64,000 bases of DNA from Stenotrophomonas sp. (GTDB lineage Bacteria; Pseudomonadota; Gammaproteobacteria; Xanthomonadales; Xanthomonadaceae): NCBI GenBank assembly GCA_031987425.1, contig DALZZL010000001.1, positions 9,820-73,819 on the forward strand. The letters are read 5' to 3'. The notes under the pieces are model-generated. The model was not told the DNA's origin. It saw only the letters and a list, made by a program, of their open reading frames with translations, and did not search any database. A program made the translations under genes and the position numbers. This document shows positions 54,821 through 63,400 of this stretch, one piece after another (the first letter of the stretch is position 1; each line of letters begins with the position of its first letter).

Positions 54821-57800
54821 ATGGAAGGAATCGTGCGGTGGGGTGCCGACGTTCGTCGGCGCCTGTTCGGCAATCGTGGCAAGGTCACGCAGGTATGGGC
54901 CCGTCTCTGCTTGTGGGGTGTATGCGTTTTCGCGCTTGCGATGACTGGCGCCGCCTCGGCAACCCGATACGTCTATGACGCCAATGGACGCCTGGTCGCA
55001 GTTACTAACGACGCAGGTGAGTCGGCGCGCTATGTCTACGACGTGATGGGGAATATTCTCCAGGTCGATCGACTGGCAGCTGGGGAGTTGGCGCTGTTCT
55101 CCTTCTCCCCGGAGCGCGGAGTGTCGGGCACCCAGGTACGACTACAGGGGCAGGGCTTCAGTCCAATTCCGGCGTCCAATGCCGTCCGTTTTGGTGGCGC
55201 TGCTGCAACGGTTACGACCGCTTCGAGCACCGATCTGCTTGTAATTGTGCCGCCAGGGGCGACCACTGGGCCCATTTCGATAGCGGTGGGCTCGCAGTCG
55301 GTCTCCAGTACCAAGGCATTCATCGTCGATGAGAGCGACCTGGCGCCTAGCATTGACGGATTCTCGCCGGCCGTTGGGGTGGCGGGCGACAGCATTACGA
55401 TCACCGGTCGGTCGCTGTATCCACTCAACCACCAAACTGCCGTGCGTGTGGGGGGGCGTACAAGCGCCATCAGCAGTTCGGGCGACACGTCGCTGACGTT
55501 CACGGTGCCATCCGGCGCCAATACTGGAAAAGTCTCGGTTAGCACTCCCTACGGCATGGCCGTAAGCACGCAAGATCTGGTGGTTCTGCCCAGCGGCATC
55601 AGTCCAGGGGAGATCACCTCCAGCACACGTGTACTGCCGGACGCGCCTGCGGGTAATTTTTCCACTCAGGCCACCGGTGAACGGGCGGCGGTGATGGTCG
55701 ACGCGCAACTGGGCGAGTACCTGGATGTCCAGTTCTCGTCGATCAGTGTGGCCAGCTTGGCTTATTCGGTCTATGACCCATCCAATCGCTTGGTTGTCAG
55801 CGGCACGGCGACCCCGGCCAACCCAAGTCTGCTATTGCCGCCGGCCGACAGTGCTGGCACGTATCTGCTGTTGATAAAGCCAGTACAGGGCCCAGCAAGC
55901 TGGAACCTGTCGATTGAGAGGAGTAAGTCCATCACGGAAGATGGCGACTTCTCTTCGCTCGCCACAACCGTCAACGGCCAAAAGAAGCGCCTCATCTTCT
56001 ACGCATCGCGAGATCAACGTCTGGGTCTCGGCGTGGTCGAACCCTCGTTCTCTTCAGGAACCTACATGTCGATCGCGGTGCTAAGCCGCGACGGAACGTC
56101 GGTCACGAGTGGATCCTGCTATGCGTCATACGCCGGGTGCCACTTCAACATCCGCGCTCCTCAGGCGAGCACGTACAGTATCGTATTCACGCCGCAGAGC
56201 GGCCAGACCTTCCAGACGAAAGCGATACTGAGCAACGATCTGTATATCGCATTACAGCGGGAGGTGCCTCTTGACCTGACGCTGGCCAGGCGCGGACAGA
56301 ATGGTCGATTGACATTTTCCGCGCAAGCGGGCGATTCGATTGCTCTCTCGATATTTGCACAGACCACTTTCCCTGCCGGTCGTGCTGTCAACTACAGCAT
56401 CTATAAGCCTGACGGCACATTGTTGTCAGCGGGTGATGTTTTTACTTACCAGATATTCAACTTCCCCAGCCTTCCGCAGAGCGGCGACTACTTCGTCTTT
56501 GTAGATGCCGACTACGGCGCAACCATGGGCTCCCGGGTCGTGCTGATGGACAGCGCCAACAACAATCAGCCGATTGACGGGAACTTTGGCCAATTCGCGG
56601 CTCCCTTGGGGGGGCAATCGGCTTATTTCAATTTCGATGTCACCGAGGCCGATCAGCGTCTGGGGTTGGGCATCAGTGACTTGGTCCTAAGTTCTGGCAC
56701 TTATGTCAATGCCTATGTGTATCGGCCCGACGGAACTACGCTGGTTAGCACGACGTGCACGCAATCCGATGGTGGTTGTGATCTGAATGTCAGGGCGCCG
56801 GTCGTGGGTCGCTATAGCGTCATGGTGAAGCCAGCCAGTGCCAGCCAGACGATGCAGTTCAAGATCACGCTATCCAATGATCTACGCACGGATATCGCGC
56901 GCGAATCCCCGCTGCAGCTGCAGATCAGTCGACGGGGCCAGAATGCTCGGCTGTTCTTTGACGCCCAGGCAGGAGAGACGCTTGCTCTGCAAGTTGCTGG
57001 AACGTCGACTTTTCCAGCCGGAAAATCAGTCACATATCAAGTCGTGAAGCCGGATGGCACCGTCTTCAAAGAGGCCAGCACAAGTTCCTTCTCTACTGTG
57101 CTGTTGTCCTCGTTGCCTTCCGACGGGAAGTACATGGTTTTCGTTGATCCGTCCGACGGAGAGACGTTGGATGTCAGTCTCACACTGACTGATGGGCGCC
57201 AATCGGGCATGGTCATTGATGGCGCTTCGGGAGAGTACGTCGCGCAGATTCCCGGGCATCCTGCCTTCCTCACGTTCGATGCCAGTGAGGTGGATCAACG
57301 TCTGGGTCTTGCAGTTCATGACATACAGCTAAGTACGGGCACGTATGTCAACGTTTACCTTTACCGGCCTGATGGGACGTCCTTGACTTCTGGCACCTGC
57401 TATCAAGCGAGCGGATGTGAGTTCAACATCCGGGCCGCTGCAGTTGGTCGGTACAGCGTCGTAGTTTCACCGCAGGCCTCGTCTAGCGCGATAAGTCTTA
57501 AGGCGACGTTGTCCAACGACATGCGCGGTGTGCTAGCGCGGGAGACGCCAACTAGTCTCGTCATACCGCGTTATGGCCAGAACATGCGCGCGTCATTTGT
57601 TGCGGCGGCGGGAGAGAATCTGGCGCTTCAGATCACGGGCCAGGCTACGGAGTCCAGTGGCCGGTCCGTGACGTACTCGATCTACAAGCCCGATGGCACG
57701 CTGTTGACGAGTGCTGCCCCGTCCGCCTATGCGGACTTGCGAATGATCAATCTGCCGGCAAGCGGCGAGTATCTACTGTTCATTGATCCGACATATGGCG

Positions 57801-60376
57801 TGAAGGCACAGGCGCGCTTGCTGCTCACTGCGGGGAATGGAGACGCGCCTGTCGTTAACGGTGACCAAGGGGGCGTCACTACCACGGTTGCAGGTCAGGC
57901 CACATTTACAACATTTCCCGTTACCGAGGTTGGACAACAACTGGGAATTGGCATAAGTGATCTGACGGCGAGTTCAGGCTCCTACGTATCAATGTACGTC
58001 TATCGACCGAATGGCAGCACGGTTGGAAGCGTCAACTGCAATCTTTCGAACCAGGGATGCGACGCCAACTTCAGTGCGCCGGAAGTGGGGAACTACAGCA
58101 TCGTCGTGGCGCCTCAGAACGCCACGCAGACCATGAGCTACAAGGTCACTGTCAGTAATGATCTTCGTGTAGTGCTTCCGCGCGAGACCACTTTTGCGCT
58201 GGGTATCCCGCGCCGAGGGCAGAACGCGCGCCTGGCTTTCAGCGCCCAAGCTGGCGAGACCATGGCGTTGAAGCTGTCCGGCCAGGCGACGGTGCCGGCC
58301 GGAAAGAGCGTTTCCTATCAGATATACAAGCCAGACGGAACCTCGCTCACTAGCGGCGGCGGCACCAGCAACGACGTCATCAATATGACCACTCTGCCTG
58401 CGAGCGGCGAGTATCAGGTATTCGTGGACCCTGCCTATGGGGCGACGGTCAATGCGCAGCTTGTACTCACCAGCGGTACTGACAGTGGGGCTACTGTTGA
58501 TGGCGCGGTCGGCGATTTGTCTACGGTGTTGCCGGGGCAGTCTGCCTACGTGACTTTCCAGGCGAGCGCTGGTCAGCAGATCGGATTGGGGATCAGTGAC
58601 CTTGCGGTGTCTTCGGGCAGCTACGTGAGCGTTTACACCTACCGGCCTGGAGGAGTGACCGCGGGAAGTGGCACTTGCTCTGTCAGCAATGGTGGATGCG
58701 CCTTCAACATCAACGCTGTTGAAACGGGCATATATAGCGTGGTGGTTACGCCGCAAAGTGCCAGCCAAACGATGAGCTTCAAGGCGACGATTTCGCAAGA
58801 TCTGGTCGCTACGCTGGAACGCGATGCGCCCTTCGATCTAGTGCTTCCTCGCCGTGGGCAGAATCAGCGCCTGAACTTCAATGGCCAGGCCGGCGAGGCG
58901 TTGTCATTGCAGGTGGCTGGACAAACGTCCGTCCCCTCCGGGCGTTCCGTCTACTACCGTGTCTACAAGCCAGATGGTTCGGCACTTAACAGCTTCAGTA
59001 CCACCAATCTCGGGGCCATGGATATGAGGTTGCCTGTCACTGGCACCTATCAGGTACTGGTGGAGGGTGGGAGCGGTGAGAGCGTGGTCGCGCGCGTCAC
59101 ACTGTCGACAGGTGACACCCAGCAGGTCGGCGGAAGTCCAGGCAGTCTTCAGACCGCATTCGGCGGGCAACCGGTGTACGCCACTTTCCAGGCGGCCGCC
59201 GGCCAGCAACTGGGCATCGGAATCTACGATCTCGTCCTGTCCACCGGGACGAGTCTGGGGGCGGCCGTCTATCGCCCCAACGGCACTAGCGCGACAACCG
59301 CCACCTGCAGCACTTCCAATCAAGGTTGCAAGCTGAGCCTGACTGCTACCGACGCCGGGATCTACAGCGTGGTGGTTACGCCCCAGACGGCAAACCAGAC
59401 CATGTCGTTCAAGCTGGCCATCTCGCCAGATCTGACGGGCACGCTTCAGAAGGACACTCCGGTGGACATCAACATTGCGCGAAGAGGGCAAAACGCGCGA
59501 TTCACCTATGCCGGACAGGCGGGGGAGTGGCTGTCTCTCCAAGTGGCCGGCCAGATGACGGTACCAGCGGGTAAAGTGGTCTATTACAGAATTTATCGCC
59601 CGGAAGGCACGCTGCTTATCAGCGGCAACATAACCGGAATGGGTACGGTCAATCCCACAGCGTTGCCGGCTACGGGCGCGTATACCGTCCTGGTTGATTC
59701 TGGCTATGGCGAAACAGTCAGCTCGCGCGTCACCATCGCCAGTGGCGCTAGCGCTTTGCAGCTTGACGGTGCCTCGACTTCGGTGGCGACCTCTTTTGGT
59801 GGGCAGCCCGTATTTTTGGCTTTCAATGCAACCGCGGGTCAGCGTCTGGGGGTGGGCCTTACCGAAGTGCAGGCGTCCGCGGGTACCTATTTCGGCGCAG
59901 CGGTTTACCGTCCGGATGGATCCTCTACATCAGGCAACTGTTATCCACAGAATTATGGTTGTGAGTTCAACACAACGGCCAATGTGACGGGCACGTATCG
60001 GATCGTGGTAACGCCGGCGTTGTCTACCCAGTTGATAGGCTTCAGGGCCACAGTGTCGACTGACCTTGAGAAGACGTTGCAGCGCGGCGAGCGGACGGTA
60101 ATCGAGTTGTCCCGCGAGGGGCAGAATGGCTGGATTGCCTTCAATGGGGTCGCCGGAGAGGCGCCGTCGATATTGATCGCAGACCCTAGTACATGGCCTT
60201 CCGGCGGCAGCACAAACTACACGGTGTACCGCCCAGATGGCGGGACAGTGGCGTCCACTACCTCAGTTGTCGCCAAGACTTGGCAGCTTCCCAGCCTGCC
60301 ATCGACGGGCGAGTATCGAATCTTCGTGAGTCCGGCAGCTGCTTTGCCGTTGACCGTGGCGTTAACCGTGCAGTAA
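54821..60376 (+). CDS. Giant secreted repeat protein: signal peptide, one YD-repeat pair, 2 IPT/TIG domains, about 15 PPC-like beta-sandwich domains
   Basis: 1851-aa uninterrupted ORF. Signal-like segment LCLWGVCVFALAMTGAASA. YD motif RYVYDANGRLVAVTNDAGESARYVYDVMGNILQV. Two TIG-like segments (FSPERGVSGTQVRLQGQGF..., FSPAVGVAGDSITITGRSL...). Then seven ~213-aa two-domain units recognisable by DQRLGLGISD...YVYRPDGT...C-x5-7-C and RRGQNARL.F..QAGE...YKPDGT...LP.SGEY.VFVDP. Confidence 0.9.
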   Translation: MEGIVRWGADVRRRLFGNRGKVTQVWARLCLWGVCVFALAMTGAASATRYVYDANGRLVAVTNDAGESARYVYDVMGNILQVDRLAAGELALFSFSPERGVSGTQVRLQGQGFSPIPASNAVRFGGAAATVTTASSTDLLVIVPPGATTGPISIAVGSQSVSSTKAFIVDESDLAPSIDGFSPAVGVAGDSITITGRSLYPLNHQTAVRVGGRTSAISSSGDTSLTFTVPSGANTGKVSVSTPYGMAVSTQDLVVLPSGISPGEITSSTRVLPDAPAGNFSTQATGERAAVMVDAQLGEYLDVQFSSISVASLAYSVYDPSNRLVVSGTATPANPSLLLPPADSAGTYLLLIKPVQGPASWNLSIERSKSITEDGDFSSLATTVNGQKKRLIFYASRDQRLGLGVVEPSFSSGTYMSIAVLSRDGTSVTSGSCYASYAGCHFNIRAPQASTYSIVFTPQSGQTFQTKAILSNDLYIALQREVPLDLTLARRGQNGRLTFSAQAGDSIALSIFAQTTFPAGRAVNYSIYKPDGTLLSAGDVFTYQIFNFPSLPQSGDYFVFVDADYGATMGSRVVLMDSANNNQPIDGNFGQFAAPLGGQSAYFNFDVTEADQRLGLGISDLVLSSGTYVNAYVYRPDGTTLVSTTCTQSDGGCDLNVRAPVVGRYSVMVKPASASQTMQFKITLSNDLRTDIARESPLQLQISRRGQNARLFFDAQAGETLALQVAGTSTFPAGKSVTYQVVKPDGTVFKEASTSSFSTVLLSSLPSDGKYMVFVDPSDGETLDVSLTLTDGRQSGMVIDGASGEYVAQIPGHPAFLTFDASEVDQRLGLAVHDIQLSTGTYVNVYLYRPDGTSLTSGTCYQASGCEFNIRAAAVGRYSVVVSPQASSSAISLKATLSNDMRGVLARETPTSLVIPRYGQNMRASFVAAAGENLALQITGQATESSGRSVTYSIYKPDGTLLTSAAPSAYADLRMINLPASGEYLLFIDPTYGVKAQARLLLTAGNGDAPVVNGDQGGVTTTVAGQATFTTFPVTEVGQQLGIGISDLTASSGSYVSMYVYRPNGSTVGSVNCNLSNQGCDANFSAPEVGNYSIVVAPQNATQTMSYKVTVSNDLRVVLPRETTFALGIPRRGQNARLAFSAQAGETMALKLSGQATVPAGKSVSYQIYKPDGTSLTSGGGTSNDVINMTTLPASGEYQVFVDPAYGATVNAQLVLTSGTDSGATVDGAVGDLSTVLPGQSAYVTFQASAGQQIGLGISDLAVSSGSYVSVYTYRPGGVTAGSGTCSVSNGGCAFNINAVETGIYSVVVTPQSASQTMSFKATISQDLVATLERDAPFDLVLPRRGQNQRLNFNGQAGEALSLQVAGQTSVPSGRSVYYRVYKPDGSALNSFSTTNLGAMDMRLPVTGTYQVLVEGGSGESVVARVTLSTGDTQQVGGSPGSLQTAFGGQPVYATFQAAAGQQLGIGIYDLVLSTGTSLGAAVYRPNGTSATTATCSTSNQGCKLSLTATDAGIYSVVVTPQTANQTMSFKLAISPDLTGTLQKDTPVDINIARRGQNARFTYAGQAGEWLSLQVAGQMTVPAGKVVYYRIYRPEGTLLISGNITGMGTVNPTALPATGAYTVLVDSGYGETVSSRVTIASGASALQLDGASTSVATSFGGQPVFLAFNATAGQRLGVGLTEVQASAGTYFGAAVYRPDGSSTSGNCYPQNYGCEFNTTANVTGTYRIVVTPALSTQLIGFRATVSTDLEKTLQRGERTVIELSREGQNGWIAFNGVAGEAPSILIADPSTWPSGGSTNYTVYRPDGGTVASTTSVVAKTWQLPSLPSTGEYRIFVSPAAALPLTVALTVQ
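54962..55069 (+). other. Isolated YD/RHS repeat pair at the mature N-terminus of the giant protein
   Basis: aa 48-83, TRYVYDANGRLVAVTNDAGESARYVYDVMGNILQVD, matches the YD-repeat consensus (Y-x-Y-D-x-x-G-R/N-L) twice. Confidence 0.75.
55091..55591 (+). other. Two IPT/TIG-like Ig-fold domains
   Basis: aa 91-169 and 176-257. The pattern F-S-P-x-x-G-x-x-G-x-x-V/I-x-L/I-x-G-x-x-F/L ... V-x-F/V-G-G ... L-x-V/F-x-V-P ... G-x-V/I-S-V/I is typical of TIG domains. Assigned by eye. Confidence 0.65.
55628..60373 (+). repeat. Coding tandem array: one leading B-type domain plus seven (A+B) units of PPC-like domains, period ~213 aa (~640 nt)
   Basis: The RRGQN-type motif recurs at aa ~491, 705, 918 and 1131, and three more times after that. 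The LG(L/I)G...Y(V/L)YRP(D/N)G motif also occurs seven times. Units are diverged, with no long identical DNA stretches seen. Confidence 0.8.
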
Positions 60377-60433
60377 CGAATTCGTGTTTGCCGTCGGATG
60401 GCGGCATCGAGCGCAAAGGAATGGAGCAAGCGC

Positions 60434-63400
60434 ATGGCTAGCAAGCGGAAGGGCTGGATGTCCGTCACGGCGGGACTGCTGTTGGGGCTGGTGGCCGCGG
60501 CTGCGGCGTCCAATCACGTGTCGATCCCAACGTCAGGGCAATCATCTGAAGGAGGCCAGCTGACCGAGGCCAGGGCCGCCAGGGCAGTGCCCGGCACCGA
60601 GCGATATCTGCGTTTGCAGGGCGACCAGACGATTTACTTGTCTTCCAATGGCACGGAGCTGCGGCTGCAGACCTCCGCCAAGTCGAACCGCGGTCGAAGC
60701 TGGCTGCTGCCCACGGTGCGCCGAAATGCTAGCTTGACGTTGCTTCCTGACGGACGTGTGCTGGTCTGGGGGGGGCGAGATGCCGCGGGCAACATGCAGG
60801 CAGGGGGGCTGTGGTTCGATCCGGAACTGCGTGCCCTGGATCCAGCGGATCGTCTGCCCATGAGCGCAAGAAGCGACCATACGGCCACGGTGCTCACCGA
60901 TGGCCGTGTGTTGTTCGCTGGCGGCGTTGGCAACCCACACGCCTACGAATTGTGGAATCCTGATACTGGCCTTTGGAATGCCGTCGGTGAAGGCATGGCA
61001 CCGGCAAGCGGGCATCGGGCCGTATTGCAGGCAGATGGTCAGGTGCGGCTCTTGGGCGCCGGACGGGCGAGGGTCGGGGGGCGAGAGGACCTGCTCTTCA
61101 ATCCTGAGGGCGACGTGGTCGTTGCGGCGACGGATACACGAGGGAAGACCGTGCCGCTTGGCCTGGCCGGTTCCGTGCCGGAGCAAGGCGCGAATAACGT
61201 TGCGATCAACGCTCGGCTAGCGATTCGCTTTTCCGAACCGGTGCGTCTGAGTGATCTCAATGAAGCCACCTTTACCTTGTTTGGTCCCGGTGGCGCGGCG
61301 CCGGTTCGTGTCGTTGCAGTAGAGGATGGTCGGCTCGCTTTCGTCACCCCCCGTCGGGAGCTCTTTCCCGATGCTGCCTATACCCTGATGGTCGATGGCG
61401 TTACGAGCCAGAGCGGCGAGCGTCTCCCATTGATAACGCTGGATTTCCGAACGGCTGCGATTGCCGCTCCACAGAGCGCCTTGGGTGCTGACAAATCGAC
61501 AAGCAGCGGTGGGCAGTCCGTCGATCTCGCGGGAAAGGAAGGCTACTGCGGGACCAAATTGAGAACGCTTGTACTCTGCCAGGAGCAGGGTGAGATGCGT
61601 GATGGCGTGTGGACGCCCGGCAAGGACAATGCGGGCGAGAATTGGCGAGTTCCTGGTCGTCAGCCCGAACTGATGCCGCTCGGATTCATGCCTGAGCTTT
61701 TCAAGGCCTGGGGAAAGGCCGCATTGACCGGATCCATCCGGCGCGCTGATGGGCAGCCCGTGGCTGGTGTTGCCGTCAATGTGGGTGACAGCTTTGGCAA
61801 GACCAACGCGGAAGGGCAGTTCCTTATCTACGACGTTCCTTCGGGCAGACAGAAGCTATACGTAGACGGCACGGCCGCCAATGGGCCAGGCGTTGAATAC
61901 GGGCAATTTGTCATCGGTGTAGACGTGCAGCCAGGAGCGCTGACACAGGTGCCGTTCACTATGTGGCTGCCCCGCATCACTGCGCGCGACAAGATCAGGA
62001 TTCCGTCGCCGACAACGGAGGACATGGTTCTGAAGCATCCCGACCTGCCCGGCATGGAACTCCATATTCCGGCGGGCACGGTGATCCGGGATCACAAGGG
62101 AAAGATCGTGACCGAAGTCGCCATTGTGCCGACACCGGTCAATCGCTCACCGTACCCGTTGCCTACCAATTTCCCGATGTACTTTACCTTGCAGCCGGGT
62201 GGTGCCGTCCTGCAGGGCCTTACGCCAGAAGCAGGAAGGGGCGCTCGCGTCTATTACCCCAACTACGATCATCATCCCGCAGGTACTGCCGCGGACTTCT
62301 GGCTGTACGACGCAATGGAGGGCTGGCGCGTATACGGCCAGGGCAGGGTGAATGACGCGGAGACCCAGTTCGTGCCGGAGGATGGCGTGGCGCTGCGGGA
62401 AGTCGTGACATTTGGCGCGGCGGTGAGCCCCAGTGACCCGGCGCCGGAGGAGGGTAAGCCACCGGAGCCCCAGGAGTGTGGGGAGTGCAATGCAGGCACT
62501 GGTAACAGCGCCTCCGCGGGCGATCCCATTGATCTTAAAACCGGCCGATTCACCTATCAGGAAACCGACATCGCCATTAGTGATGTCGTCCCCATCACCG
62601 TTGGCCGAAACTACCGTCCCAGTGACCGCGTCAAGCGTGAGTTCGGATACGGCACAGCCGCGGATTTTGCGTACCGTCTCTCCATGAACGGCACAAGCTA
62701 CAGCGAGCTTCAGTTGGTACTGCCGAATGGATCGCCGCTAGTGTTCAAGCAGATATCCGGCACTGGAGCTTACGGTGTATGGCGATATGACGGAAAGCAA
62801 GCGATCTCGGGGGCAACCCTGTACTCGGACAATGTTGACGGCTACAAGTACTATTTAAGGCTGCGCGATGGCTCGCAGATGGTGTTCGAACCCCATAGCC
62901 CGAATCGGCTGCTATGGAGCCAGGATCGTTTCGGAAACCGGGTCGATTATGTCTACGATGCTGGGCGCGTAAGCCGCATCATCTCGCCCAACAGCCGATA
63001 CATCGACCTCGACTACGACACCCAGAACCGAATCATCTCGGCCAAGGACATGCTTGGGTCGACTTGGCGCTACGAGTACAACGCCCAGGGCCTTCTCGCA
63101 AAGGTCATCTATCCGGATGAAACCTTTCGTCGGTACGAGTATCAGAGCTGGGGAAGTAGTTCGACGCTTCGGCATCGCCTGTCAGCCATCTTCGATCAGC
63201 GAGGAAATCGCGTTCTGCTCAATGAGTACGAGCAGACTGGTACGGGCGCCGCGACCACGACCACAGGGCGCGTCATACGCCAGACGCTAGCGGATGGAGC
63301 GGTTTACCAAATTCAGTACGACCACATAGATGGAAGCACGACAGGCACCCTGGTAACGCACCCGGATGGCAGTCAGCGACGTGTGGTGTTTGGAGATGGG

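Noticed and set aside
57989-58798. 269-aa minus-strand ORF. Other antisense ORFs lie at 55036..55545, 55142..55708, 58904..59542 and 60542..61186, inside the giant and RHS genes.
   Set aside because: They lie opposite long uninterrupted frames with strong repeat and domain signatures, have no recognisable motifs and have no RBS. They are treated as shadow ORFs.
55628-60373. Whether the ~640-nt periodic repeats in the giant gene represent recent tandem duplication, an assembly artefact or a recombination hotspot.
   Set aside because: The units are strongly diverged at the nucleotide level, and conservation is mainly at motif positions in the protein. I saw no long identical stretches, so a recent duplication or a collapsed or expanded assembly is unlikely. 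A dot-plot would confirm this.
60398-60433. Upstream in-frame ATG at 60398 as the RHS start (MAASSAKEWSKR...).
   Set aside because: It has no Shine-Dalgarno sequence, whereas the ATG at 60434 has GGAG 7 nt upstream and yields a canonical n-region/h-region/AxA signal peptide. It is kept as an alternative only.
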